From NCBI GenBank assembly GCA_964494835.1, contig CAZBSW010000001.1:1-30152 (forward strand): a DNA stretch of 30,152 nucleotides. Reading direction: 5' to 3'. Shown here in pieces: positions 15,966 through 25,421 of this stretch. Below the pieces are notes generated by a model. The model was not told where the DNA came from, made no database searches, and saw only the letters and a program-made list of their open reading frames with translations. This DNA comes from an uncultured Thermotogae bacterium (GTDB taxonomy: Bacteria; Bipolaricaulota; Bipolaricaulia; UBA7950; UBA9294). How positions within the stretch are numbered: the first letter of the stretch is position 1; every line of letters begins with the position of its first letter. Both the position numbers and the translations under genes were made by a program.

Positions 15966-17271
15966 GCAACAAGCACAGGCCATGTTCTGCTACCAATGTT
16001 CGCAGACGGCACACGGTACTGGGTGTACCGTTCACGGGGTATGCGGTAAGGCACCGACCGTAGCCAGATTGCAAGACAACCTGCTGTTCGCGGCCAAGGG
16101 GATGAGCGCATATCTCTACCACGCTCGTGAACTCGGCTACACCGACAGCGAAGTGGATGCGTTCCTCGAGCGCGCGTTCTATTCAACGTTCACCAACGTC
16201 AACTTCGACGGCGAGGACTTTGTCAAGCTCGCGGTAGAAGCGGGCGAGATGAATCTGCGAACGATGCGTCTACTGAAAAAGGCACACATCGAAACCTACG
16301 GCGAACCGGTGCCCACAGCGGTGCCGACGGGCACGGCCGCCGGTCACGCGATCATCGTAACCGGCCACGGACTGAAAGCACTTGCCGCGCTCCTCGAACA
16401 GACCGAAGGTAAGGGAATCAATGTGTACACCCACTCGGAGATGCTTCCCGCACACGGATACCCAGGACTGAAGAAGTACAAGCACCTCGTGGGAAACCTG
16501 GGGAGGGCGTGGTTCGATCAGAAGGCGCTCTTCTCCCGCTATCCGGCTGCGATTCTGGCAACGTCGAACTGTGTGCTCTTGCCGCAAGACGCCTACCGCG
16601 ATCGCATATTCACCACCGGGCCGGCGCGGCTTCCGGGCGTACGACACATCGAGGGATACGACTTTACGGAAGTAATCGAAAAGGCGCTCTCTCTTCCAGC
16701 GCTCGCGGGCGAGGCAGGCGAGGTGACGCTCACCACCGGATTCTCGCTTGCGAGCATCCTGCCGCTTGCCGACAAGATCAAGTCGCTCGTGGAAGCGGGC
16801 AAGATCCGTCACTTCTTCCTTGTCGGAGGGTGTGACTCACCGCTCCAGAAGGCGAGCTATTACCGCGAATTCGTGAAACTCCTCCCACGCGATACGGTCG
16901 TGCTCACTCTTGCCTGCGGCAAGTTTCGCATCAACGATCTCGATCTTGGCGATATCGAAGGAATCCCGCGCCTGATCGACCTCGGGCAGTGTAACGACTC
17001 CATCGTGGCCGTCGATCTTGCCGTTGCGCTCGCCGACCTGTTTGGTGTTGGGGTGAACGATCTTCCTCTCACTCTTGTCCTATCATGGATGGAACAGAAA
17101 GCGGTCGCCATCCTGTGGTCGCTCTTGTCGCTCGGGATCAAAGGGATCTACCTCGGACCGATCGTGCCCGCTTGGGTGAATGGCGATATCCTAAAAGTGC
17201 TGCAGGATAGCTATGACCTTCGTCTCATCGGAGATCCGGCGCAAGATATCGGGACAATACTAAGGAGGTAA
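15958..17271 (+). CDS. hcp: Hybrid cluster protein (hydroxylamine reductase), short class III form, 437 aa
   Basis: MFCYQCSQT...[10 protein letters not shown] (CxxC-x8-C-x5-C), [42 protein letters not shown]; lacks the internal segment of ~550-aa Hcps. Confidence 0.95.
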   Translation: MSEQQAQAMFCYQCSQTAHGTGCTVHGVCGKAPTVARLQDNLLFAAKGMSAYLYHARELGYTDSEVDAFLERAFYSTFTNVNFDGEDFVKLAVEAGEMNLRTMRLLKKAHIETYGEPVPTAVPTGTAAGHAIIVTGHGLKALAALLEQTEGKGINVYTHSEMLPAHGYPGLKKYKHLVGNLGRAWFDQKALFSRYPAAILATSNCVLLPQDAYRDRIFTTGPARLPGVRHIEGYDFTEVIEKALSLPALAGEAGEVTLTTGFSLASILPLADKIKSLVEAGKIRHFFLVGGCDSPLQKASYYREFVKLLPRDTVVLTLACGKFRINDLDLGDIEGIPRLIDLGQCNDSIVAVDLAVALADLFGVGVNDLPLTLVLSWMEQKAVAILWSLLSLGIKGIYLGPIVPAWVNGDILKVLQDSYDLRLIGDPAQDIGTILRR

Positions 17272-17274
17272 GAC

Positions 17275-18444
17275 TTGAACGCACGTGAGATTGTACACGG
17301 AGTGCAGTGGGTAGGGGCGCATGACTTCGACCGGCGGCTGTTCGACGAGCTGATTCCACTCCCGGATGGAACAAGCTACAACGCATACCTCATTCGCGGA
17401 AGTGAAAAGACGGCGCTGATCGATACTGTCGATCCGACGAAGATCGACGTTCTCCTTGCACGACTAGCAGGTGTAGGGAGGATCGACTACCTGGTGGTGC
17501 AGCATGTGGAACAGGACCATTCCGGGGGGATCCCTCAGATCCTTAACCGCTTCAAAGAGGCGCAGATCGTCACCAGTCCTAAGGCAAAGCCGATAATCGT
17601 CTCACACCTGCACGTCCCGGAGGAGAAGATCACCACCGTAGAGCACAAGGAAACGCTCTCCCTTGGCGACAGAACGCTGGAGTTCTTGCATGCCCCGTGG
17701 GTGCACTGGCCCGAGACAATGCTCACGTATCTCAGACAGGACAAGATAATGTTTACCTGCGATCTGTTCGGTTCCCATTTGGCCACGACCGAACTTTACG
17801 CAGGCGACCGCAATCGGGTCTGTCAAGCGGCAAAGCGGTACTACGCCGAGATCATGATGCCGTTTGGAACGTTCATCGAAAGACATCTGGAGATGCTGAG
17901 AGACTACGACATCGATAAGATCTCGCCCAGCCACGGCCCGATATACGACGATCCCGAGTTTATCCAGAACGCCTACCGGCACTGGGCCCTCGACCCTCCC
18001 CGAAGCCTCGTCCTCATTCCGCACGTATCGATGCATGGAAGTACGACGGTGATGGTCGAGCATTTGATCGAGGCGCTCACCGATCGCGGCGTCCCGGTGG
18101 AGCCGTTCAACATGACGGTGACCGATCTTGGCCGATTGGCGGAAGGGCTAGTCGATGCGGCGACCGTCGTCTTCGCCACTCCCACCGTTCTTGCCGGACC
18201 GCATCCGAGCATTATCTCCGCCGCTTATCTGGCGAACGCCCTCCGACCGAAACTGAGGCATGTAGGAGTGATCGGTTCTTACGGGTGGGGGGGTAAGACC
18301 GTAGATATGTTGAAGAATCTGGTTACCACGCTCAAGGTCGACTGGTTCGATCCCATACTCATCAAAGGGCTCCCCGAACAGACGGATCTCCAAGCGCTAG
18401 ATCGACTCGCCGACGAGATCGCCGCCCGCCACAATGACCTTTGA
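17275..18444 (+). CDS. fprA: Flavodiiron protein (FprA/NorV-type)
   Basis: GTSYNAYLI, HVEQDHSG, PWVHWPE, CDLFG, PSHG, flavodoxin domain with GSYGWGG; TTG start. Confidence 0.93.
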   Translation: MNAREIVHGVQWVGAHDFDRRLFDELIPLPDGTSYNAYLIRGSEKTALIDTVDPTKIDVLLARLAGVGRIDYLVVQHVEQDHSGGIPQILNRFKEAQIVTSPKAKPIIVSHLHVPEEKITTVEHKETLSLGDRTLEFLHAPWVHWPETMLTYLRQDKIMFTCDLFGSHLATTELYAGDRNRVCQAAKRYYAEIMMPFGTFIERHLEMLRDYDIDKISPSHGPIYDDPEFIQNAYRHWALDPPRSLVLIPHVSMHGSTTVMVEHLIEALTDRGVPVEPFNMTVTDLGRLAEGLVDAATVVFATPTVLAGPHPSIISAAYLANALRPKLRHVGVIGSYGWGGKTVDMLKNLVTTLKVDWFDPILIKGLPEQTDLQALDRLADEIAARHNDL

Positions 18445-18457
18445 GCGAGGAGTTGAG

Positions 18458-20140
18458 ATGGCAGACAAGAGTCCTGATCACGGGCCGGATCTCTCAATCC
18501 TGATTGCGGGCGCGGCCGGCGAGGGGATTCAGACGATCGGCGGCATCGCCGCCCGGACCGTCCTCGCACACGGGTATCCCGTGTTTGCGAGCCAGGAGTT
18601 CGAATCCAGGATCCGTGGGGGGTTCAGTGGCTACCGATTGCGAGTGAGTGAGACTAACGCCCCGAAAGAAGAGGCCGATCTCCTGCTCGCACTCAATCCC
18701 GAGGCGAAAGACCACTATCGCAAGGCGTTGCGGGACGGGGGGCTTCTTATCTCCGAGTCCGGCGACGCTCCCAGGGAGGTGGCCGTACCGTTCCGGCAGA
18801 TTGCCAAGGAGAGCTTCGGTGGAGAGATATATGCCAACACGCTCGCCGCGGGTATCCTGTGCGCCGCGTTGGGGATACCGCTTCAGACCCTGTTGGAGAC
18901 CCTAACCCAGGTGTTCGAAAAGGTCGATGAGACCGTCTTGAAAGCGAACCTCGCCGCGGCCAGAGCCGGCTACGAGAAGCTGGGTGGGCATGAGCCACTG
19001 GCGGCCTTGCCCACGAGGAAATCCCGGCACACACACCTCTCCGCTCACGAAGCAATCCCGCTTGCTGCCTCCTATGCCGGCTGCCGGTTCATCGCCGCCT
19101 ACCCGATGTCCCCGTCGACGGGCATTATCACCGCGTTTGCTAGGGACACGGGGTTAGGCGTCTTTGCTGAGCAGGCGGAGGATGAGATCGCCGCCGTGAA
19201 CATGGCGATCGGCGCGAGCTACGCCGGCGCCCGCGCGATGACCGCCACCTCGGGAGGCGGATTTGCGCTGATGGTGGAATCACTCTCCCTTGCCGGGATG
19301 ACCGAGACTCCGCTCGTAATCGTACTCGCCCAGCGGCCGGGACCGGCGACCGGTCTTCCCACACGCACCGCGCAGGAAGACTTGCTATTCGCGATCAACG
19401 CCGGACATGGCGAGTTTCCCAAAGCAGTACTCGCTCCGGCCGACGCAAAGGACGCCTTTGCAAAGACGATCGAAGCGTTCGACCTTGCCGAGCGGTATCA
19501 GATACCGGTCATCCTTCTCACCGACCAATACCTCGCCGACAGCCACTTCTCCTACGATGAGTTCCCGGTCGGCGACCGCGGCGCGACACACGATTTTGCC
19601 GACCCGACCGTCCTGTCTGAGTATCATCGGTATGAGCTTGCTTCGGACGGGATCTCGCCCCGCCTCTATCCCGGCCAGTCGACCCACCTTGTCTGCGCCG
19701 ACAGCGACGAGCACAACGAGGCCGGCCATATCACCGAGGATCTGGCGACGGTGCGGCCGGCGATGGTCAAGAAACGGCTCGCCAAGATCGAGGCGCTGCG
19801 CCGGGGGATTGCGCCGCCCGATGAAGCCTACCTTGATGATTCCGACGAGGTCATTATCGGCTGGGGATCGACCCGCGGCGCAATAGACGAAGCGGTGGAG
19901 GAAATGCGCGCTCAAGGACGCCGAGTCGGAAGGATCCACTTCACCGAGCTGTGGCCACTCCCTGAGTACGGCTTCCCCGAAGGCAAGCGCTACATCGCCG
20001 TGGAAGGGAACGCGACGGGACAACTCGCGCGTCTACTCGCGGCCGAGTACGGCCTGCGCATTGCAGGGATGGTCAGCCGCTCCGATGGTCAGCCGCTCAC
20101 CGCGGCTTACGTGAAAGGAGGCCTCGATGACGCGGCTTGA
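18458..20140 (+). CDS. korA: 2-oxoacid:ferredoxin oxidoreductase, alpha subunit (gamma-alpha fusion)
   Basis: GAAGEGI, ESRIRGG, AAYPMSPST, QAEDEIAA, TATSGGGFALM, QRPGPATGLPT, DSDEH; substrate specificity not determinable. Confidence 0.9.
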   Translation: MADKSPDHGPDLSILIAGAAGEGIQTIGGIAARTVLAHGYPVFASQEFESRIRGGFSGYRLRVSETNAPKEEADLLLALNPEAKDHYRKALRDGGLLISESGDAPREVAVPFRQIAKESFGGEIYANTLAAGILCAALGIPLQTLLETLTQVFEKVDETVLKANLAAARAGYEKLGGHEPLAALPTRKSRHTHLSAHEAIPLAASYAGCRFIAAYPMSPSTGIITAFARDTGLGVFAEQAEDEIAAVNMAIGASYAGARAMTATSGGGFALMVESLSLAGMTETPLVIVLAQRPGPATGLPTRTAQEDLLFAINAGHGEFPKAVLAPADAKDAFAKTIEAFDLAERYQIPVILLTDQYLADSHFSYDEFPVGDRGATHDFADPTVLSEYHRYELASDGISPRLYPGQSTHLVCADSDEHNEAGHITEDLATVRPAMVKKRLAKIEALRRGIAPPDEAYLDDSDEVIIGWGSTRGAIDEAVEEMRAQGRRVGRIHFTELWPLPEYGFPEGKRYIAVEGNATGQLARLLAAEYGLRIAGMVSRSDGQPLTAAYVKGGLDDAA

Positions 20141-21017
20141 CGATTACCGCTCGAGAGTTGAAAATCAGTGGTGCCCGGGATGCTCGAATTTCGGGATCCT
20201 TACGGCGCTCAAACGTGCCCTCGTCTCTCTCGACAAGGCACCGCATGAATGCTGCCTTGTCTCGGGAATCGGGCAAGCGGCCAAGCTCCCTCATTATCTA
20301 AACAGCAATCTGTTCAACGGTCTGCACGGCCGCGCGATCCCAGTGGCGACGGGAATCCGTATCGCCAACCCCGGTCTTGCAGTGATCGTGGCGACCGGCG
20401 ACGGAGACGCTTATGGTGAGGGGGGAAATCATCTATTGCATGCCCTTCGCCGCAATCCCGACATCACTGTGATCGTTCACAACAACGAGGTCTATGCCCT
20501 CACCAAGGGGCAAGGCTCGCCGACGACACCCATGGGCGAGCGGACGCGGCTCCAGTTCTCCGGTGTCACTTCGGAGCCGATCCAGATGCTTGCCACAGCG
20601 ATCGTGCACGACGCACCGTTCGTCGCCCGTGGATTTGCGGGAGAGATCGACAACCTGAGCGATCTGTTCACCCAAGCGATTGGCCACCGCGGTCTGTCGC
20701 TCGTGGAGGTGATACAGCCCTGTGTCACGTGGGGAAAGCATCCCGTCGATTGGTACCGGGAACGGTTGGAAACGCTTCCGGAGGACTACGACTCGCACGA
20801 CCGGGCAGCAGCGCTGCGCGCTGCGCTCGCCGAGCCGGGACGGTTCCCGATCGGCGTGCTCTATGAGGGCCCGCCACGGCCCGTGTTCGGAGAGGCGTTC
20901 ACGCAGCAGACCGACAATCAGCCGTTCGCCGTGCTGCGCCCAGTCGGCAAGGAAGCGGTTGTCGAACGCCTAGCAAGATCGACGTGGCCGGCAGAAGCGC
21001 ACAAAGGAGGACGTTAA
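20127..21017 (+). CDS. korB: 2-oxoacid:ferredoxin oxidoreductase, beta subunit
   Basis: WCPGCSNF, SGIGQ, GLHGRAIPVATG, GDGDA, NNEVYALTKGQ, QPCVT. Confidence 0.92.
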   Translation: MTRLDDYRSRVENQWCPGCSNFGILTALKRALVSLDKAPHECCLVSGIGQAAKLPHYLNSNLFNGLHGRAIPVATGIRIANPGLAVIVATGDGDAYGEGGNHLLHALRRNPDITVIVHNNEVYALTKGQGSPTTPMGERTRLQFSGVTSEPIQMLATAIVHDAPFVARGFAGEIDNLSDLFTQAIGHRGLSLVEVIQPCVTWGKHPVDWYRERLETLPEDYDSHDRAAALRAALAEPGRFPIGVLYEGPPRPVFGEAFTQQTDNQPFAVLRPVGKEAVVERLARSTWPAEAHKGGR

Positions 21018-21484
21018 TGAGCATCATCGAAGTGGGTGTGAAGGCGCCTCAGTTCAGCCTAAAGGATCAGCACGGTAAGGTCATGGAACTACAGGAGACC
21101 CGCGGGAAGAAGGTGATCCTCTCCTTCCACCCGCTCGCATTCACGCGAGTGTGTACCAGGCAGATGCAAGAACTGGAAGAGAACCGGGAAGCCTTCGATA
21201 AGCACAATGCCCTTGCCTTCGGTCTGAGCGTCGATTCCGTCCCCTGTAAGCATGCCTGGGCAAAAGAGATCAAGGTTAAGCACACGCGTCTGCTCGCCGA
21301 CTTCTGGCCGCACGGCGGAGTGGCCGAGCAGCTGGGCATCTTTCGCGAGGCTGACGGCTTCTCCGAGCGGGCGGTCATCCTCCTCGACGAGAACGGGATC
21401 GTCCGCTTCTCCAAGGTTTACCCTATCGGTGAGGTTCCCGACATGGGCGAGGTCATTGAAAAGCTGAGTGAGATAAGGAGCTAG
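21017..21484 (+). CDS. Peroxiredoxin (AhpC/TSA, AhpE-like)
   Basis: APQFSLKDQHG, FHPLAFTRVC peroxidatic motif, LSVDS, LADFWPHG, SERA. Confidence 0.9.
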   Translation: MSIIEVGVKAPQFSLKDQHGKVMELQETRGKKVILSFHPLAFTRVCTRQMQELEENREAFDKHNALAFGLSVDSVPCKHAWAKEIKVKHTRLLADFWPHGGVAEQLGIFREADGFSERAVILLDENGIVRFSKVYPIGEVPDMGEVIEKLSEIRS

Positions 21485-21604
21485 AAGGGGTGGTGAAACG
21501 GGCAAGAACGGAATCGTCGTTTGCCGACGGGCCGTACTCGCAATTATCCTGCCCTGATAAGATGGAACGACCATCGATGTCCAGGTTAAAGGAGGGCGCG
21601 AACG

Positions 21605-22084
21605 ATGCAAATACTGAATGTGGATGAGATATTCGAGATGGCGGAACAGATAGAGAGAAACGGCGCCGGCTTCTATAATCGCGCAGCCGATGCGGTGCCA
21701 GATGAGCACCTGCGCAAGCTGTTCCTCGATCTGGCGAGGATGGAATGCGAGCACGAGCAGACCTTCGCCCGAATGAGGAAGGAGCAACCGTCCGTGCCGC
21801 CTCCCTACGACCCGGATGATGAGGCAGCCCGTTACCTGCAGGCATTCGCCAACGGACATGTGTTCGATGTCAGCGTCGATTCCGGCAAAGAGATCGCCGG
21901 GCTCAGCCCTGCTAAGATACTGGAGTACGCAATTAGCTTGGAGAAGGATTCAATTGCGTTCTACGTAGGTCTGAAGGATCTTCTGCGAACGGAAGCGGAG
22001 AAAGACGAGGTAGGAAAGATCATCCGCGAAGAAATGAGTCATGTCACATACTTGAGCGGTGAACTCGCCGGCAATAAAGGGTGA
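21605..22084 (+). CDS. Ferritin-like / rubrerythrin-family diiron protein
   Basis: AEQIERNGAGFY, ECEHE, AISLEKDSIAFY, EEMSH. Confidence 0.85.
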   Translation: MQILNVDEIFEMAEQIERNGAGFYNRAADAVPDEHLRKLFLDLARMECEHEQTFARMRKEQPSVPPPYDPDDEAARYLQAFANGHVFDVSVDSGKEIAGLSPAKILEYAISLEKDSIAFYVGLKDLLRTEAEKDEVGKIIREEMSHVTYLSGELAGNKG

Positions 22085-22170
22085 ACAGGCGGTCGACGCA
22101 GGCCCGCGGGTGATGACGGAAGCGGTGCTTTTCATTTGCGTCCTGAAGTGAATACAGACAGGAGGAACAT

Positions 22171-22674
22171 ATGCGACCGATGACGGAGGGAAACCTGAAA
22201 ACGGCGTTTGCGGGTGAATCACAGGCGCACATGCGTTACCTCATCTTTGCCGAAAAGGCGGAGAAAGAAGGGAAAGCGAACCTGGCACGGATGTTCCGCG
22301 CCATCGCCTACGCAGAGCAGGTGCACGCCACCAACCACTATCGAGAACTCGGCCAGATCAAAGAGGCGAGCGGTAATCTACAGACATGCATCGACGGTGA
22401 GGAATTCGAGGTCAACGAGATGTATCCGGCCTATAACAAGGTGGCCGAGATGCAAGGAGAACCAGGCGCGGTGCGCAGCACGCACTACGCGCTCGAAGCG
22501 GAGAAGATTCACGCCAAGATGTACCGCGATGCGAAGAAAACGCTGGAATCGAAGGCGGATATCGAGATCGGAACGGTCTGCATCTGCCCGGTTTGCGGCT
22601 ACACAGTAGAGGGTGATGCGCCGGATGTGTGTCCGGTGTGCGGTGCGCGTAAGGAGAGCTTCAAGCGATTCTGA
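22171..22674 (+). CDS. Rubrerythrin (short form)
   Basis: NLKTAFAGESQAHMRY, EQVHA, EKIH, C-terminal CPVCG...CPVCG. Confidence 0.92.
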   Translation: MRPMTEGNLKTAFAGESQAHMRYLIFAEKAEKEGKANLARMFRAIAYAEQVHATNHYRELGQIKEASGNLQTCIDGEEFEVNEMYPAYNKVAEMQGEPGAVRSTHYALEAEKIHAKMYRDAKKTLESKADIEIGTVCICPVCGYTVEGDAPDVCPVCGARKESFKRF

Positions 22675-22689
22675 ACCGAAGGAGGAGCA

Positions 22690-23031
22690 ATGAGACTTGG
22701 AGAACTGATCAAGACTGAGCAACAGGAAGGAAAAGAGAAGCACGTACCGGTGATCGAGCTTGTTACATGCGAGGAGTGCGGCAAGAACGCCGTCAAGATC
22801 ACGGTCGGAAAAGAAGTCGCCCATCCGAACACGATCGAGCATCATATCAAATGGATTGCTCTGTTCGGGGTGAAGAACGGGCTCGCGGTGCACGTGGCAA
22901 CGTTCGATCTCGGACCGACCTACGGGGTGCCTACAGTAGTGGCGCACGTGAATTCCGAGACGTTCAGCGAGCTGATCGCAGTCGAGTACTGCAACATCCA
23001 CGGCTTGTGGGAGAGCTCGCTCAAACTCTAA
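22690..23031 (+). CDS. sor: Superoxide reductase (1Fe, neelaredoxin-type)
   Basis: EKHVP, HPNTIEHHIKWI, YCNIHGLW. Confidence 0.92.
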   Translation: MRLGELIKTEQQEGKEKHVPVIELVTCEECGKNAVKITVGKEVAHPNTIEHHIKWIALFGVKNGLAVHVATFDLGPTYGVPTVVAHVNSETFSELIAVEYCNIHGLWESSLKL

Positions 23032-23048
23032 CCAAAAGGAGAATAGAC

Positions 23049-23162
23049 ATGGCACAGGAAGGAAAGACCTACGTTTGCGACATTTGCGGACAAGAGGTGA
23101 AGGTGACGAAGGCTGGAGCGGGGACGCTCGTTTGCTGCGACCAGCCGATGCACATCAAGTGA
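23049..23162 (+). CDS. Desulforedoxin (37 aa)
   Basis: MAQEGKTYVCDICGQEVKVTKAGAGTLVCCDQPMHIK: CxxC...CC Dx motif; AGGAG RBS. Confidence 0.9.
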   Translation: MAQEGKTYVCDICGQEVKVTKAGAGTLVCCDQPMHIK

Positions 23163-23254
23163 AGCTAGCGGTATCTGCGCTGGTTGATATCACGGCGGCG
23201 GGGGTGACTCGATCGTGCCACGTCGCCGTGACCTATTTCGGAGGACGCCCATAG

Positions 23255-23637
23255 CCGCGGACCGTGTTCACCGGACCGCAGGTCTCCCACGTTGGGCTGG
23301 CGGAGAAGGAATTGAAGGCGTGGAAGATCCGCTGTGAGATCGTCGGGGAAAGCTACGGCGGCTATGGCGCGCGCTCACAGAGGGGATCGGCATTGGATCG
23401 GTGCGTGCCAGTTTCAGCAAGACGGGCCGCATCTACGGAGTGACGATCGTCGGTGAGGGATGGGAGAGATGATCGGTGAGTGGGCGTTCTCGATTCACAA
23501 ACAGGCTGCGGATGCACAAGATTATGTTCCTGCAGCATGCCTTTCCCACCATGTCCTTTCTCAGCAAACGCGCCTTTGAGGGTCGGATGATAACCGGATG
23601 CAGAGTCGATTATCGCAGAAGCTCGTTCGGCTGATGT
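23255..23637 (+). pseudogene. Frameshifted C-terminal dimerisation-domain fragment of a pyridine nucleotide-disulphide oxidoreductase (LpdA/MerA-like)
   Basis: Across frames: PRTVFTGPQVSHVGLAE / GRIYGVTIVGEG / EMIGEWAFSI / LRMHKIMFLQHAFPTMSFL, matching PxxVFTxPE.A.VGLTE...G.I.G..I.G...H..PT. Confidence 0.7.
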
Positions 23638-23660
23638 TCTAGAGGAAAGCTGCAATCGGG

Positions 23661-24551
23661 CTATGGGAGCGGCTGTGAGCCGATGATTGCGCGCGGCAGG
23701 AACGCCTTTGCTGTCTTGTACGGATCGACGAGCTGGCTGATGCGAATATCCACTGCCAGGCTGGCGAGCATCGCGGCCTCGTTCATCGAGATGCGCCGAC
23801 GCTCTGACAGCATTGCCACCGCTGCCCGTGTCGCCTCATGCAACGCCTCCTCGATGGTGGGTAGGGAGACGATGATATAAATGCCTTCGGAACGCTCGAC
23901 GAGCGGCCATCGCATCTGCCGATCGGGGATTACATCCACGTGTGCCGTAACCCGTGCCGATGCTTCGCATGCCGACACGCAGACCTCGCCGTCTCCCATC
24001 AGCGCGTGTACATCGCCCATTGCGAGCATTGCCCCCGGTTGAAACACGGGCAGATACAGCGTTGCGCCCTGTCCGATCTCCTTGGTGTCCATGTTGCCGC
24101 CGTGCCGGTGCGCGCTCCCGGTAGGGAATGATTCCGTTGCTGTTGCGACGCCGATGACGCCGATCATCGGAACAGCCGGGAGTTGAAGATCGCCGAAGCG
24201 AACACGCCCGTCCGCAATCGGCAGGATCTTCGTCGCATGCCCCTCCAATTCATCGCCGAGCACACCCATCCCCGCCCCAGAGACGATCGCCCCCTGGGCT
24301 GGCGCCTCGATCCGTTCTATCTTGACGGCGAGCGTATCACCGGGCTTAGCCCCGTCCACGAACACCGGGCCGGTCGCCGGGTTTACTCTGGAGAAATCAA
24401 CATTATCGAGTCTGTCATCTGCTGATCTTATCTGTCCTCCAAACGCATCGATCGTCTCGAAGGCCATGGTCTCCGGCGGCGAGACGGTGAGGATGGGGGA
24501 CATGTTGGGCGTAAACTCAAAGATGCTCTTGTCGGATTGTAGCGTTTTCAT
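23661..24551 (-). CDS. Acetamidase/formamidase family protein
   Basis: NPATGPVFVDGAKPGDTL, PMIGVIGVA, HGGNMD, GDVHALMGDGEV, ISQLVD. Confidence 0.9.
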   Translation of the reverse strand: MKTLQSDKSIFEFTPNMSPILTVSPPETMAFETIDAFGGQIRSADDRLDNVDFSRVNPATGPVFVDGAKPGDTLAVKIERIEAPAQGAIVSGAGMGVLGDELEGHATKILPIADGRVRFGDLQLPAVPMIGVIGVATATESFPTGSAHRHGGNMDTKEIGQGATLYLPVFQPGAMLAMGDVHALMGDGEVCVSACEASARVTAHVDVIPDRQMRWPLVERSEGIYIIVSLPTIEEALHEATRAAVAMLSERRRISMNEAAMLASLAVDIRISQLVDPYKTAKAFLPRAIIGSQPLP

Positions 24552-24575
24552 CTTCCGGCCTCCTGTCGACGCGGG

Positions 24576-24911
24576 TTACCACGTCATCGGAATATACCCA
24601 TCTTGGATCGCCGTCGAGATGGGGGCTCCCACATACTCAACCGCGCAGCCCAACTCGACGAGCAGATCGCTCACACCGTATTTGTCCGAACACCATTTGC
24701 AGGCAACGGGAATCATGCCCTCCGCGATTATCTCTCTCACCATCGCTTGTAGATCGGGATCGGTACCGATTGTGACTTCGGACGGACCGAAGATATAGAG
24801 CTTTGTATCAGTCATCCATCCATGCTTTACGACGTTCTTGGCGTACACCAGCCCCATCTCCAGTACCTTTGCGTCTCCCGATACCAAGATTACAGCCAGC
24901 TTGTCATTCAT
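24576..24911 (-). CDS. DsrE-family protein
   Basis: KLAVIL, LYIFGPSE, ACKWCS, ISTAIQDGYIPMTW; 111 aa. Confidence 0.75.
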   Translation of the reverse strand: MNDKLAVILVSGDAKVLEMGLVYAKNVVKHGWMTDTKLYIFGPSEVTIGTDPDLQAMVREIIAEGMIPVACKWCSDKYGVSDLLVELGCAVEYVGAPISTAIQDGYIPMTW

Positions 24912-24934
24912 GCCGTATACCTCCCAGGGACACC

Positions 24935-25228
24935 CTAAAAATGCTTCAGATACTTGAATGTCTCCAACAGCTCGTCGATTTTCGTCTCGCCCTTCCCCGC
25001 TTCGATCGCCTCGCGCACGCAGTGCTTCATGTGCGAGTCAGCAAGGGCGTAGGCCACTTTCGATAGCGATGCCTGTACAGCCGCGATCTGCTTGAGGATG
25101 TCGATGCAGTAACGTTCCTCGCTCACCATCCGTTCTACGGCCGCAAGGTGGCCGGTCGCCGTGCGCAACCGTTGACCAATGTTCTTCTTCAGATCGGTCT
25201 CTTTTGCTAGACTTCCTTTTTTAGGCAT
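24935..25228 (-). CDS. csoR: CsoR-family metal-sensing repressor
   Basis: RLRTATGHL..VERM, RYCIDILKQIAAVQ, HMKHC, DELLE; ATG 25228 fits the TAAGGAG spacing (ATG 25237 also in frame). Confidence 0.9.
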   Translation of the reverse strand: MPKKGSLAKETDLKKNIGQRLRTATGHLAAVERMVSEERYCIDILKQIAAVQASLSKVAYALADSHMKHCVREAIEAGKGETKIDELLETFKYLKHF

Positions 25229-25241
25229 AACGGTCATCTCC

Positions 25242-25264
25242 TTACCCCACTGGGGGTGGGGTAA
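25242..25264. promoter_or_regulatory. CsoR operator
   Basis: Perfect inverted repeat TTACCCCAC-TGGGG-GTGGGGTAA between the -10 (TGnTATAGT, minus strand) and the RBS; C-tract/G-tract form typical of CsoR/RcnR sites. Confidence 0.85.
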
Positions 25265-25421
25265 CTATACCACAGAGCGGGGCCAGCAATCAATTTCGGT
25301 CGCCTTTCGCTACTCTCGGGTCGTAGAACGACTTTGCGCCAAGACCGGCGCCCGGCCAACGACCGGCCGATTGCTTGCCTGCTTGCTTTCTCTCAAGAGA
25401 TCTGCAAGGATCGATGCCGTT

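Noticed and set aside
19385-20023. 212-aa - strand ORF and similar long ORFs inside the stress cluster
   Set aside because: Shadows of GC-rich coding genes
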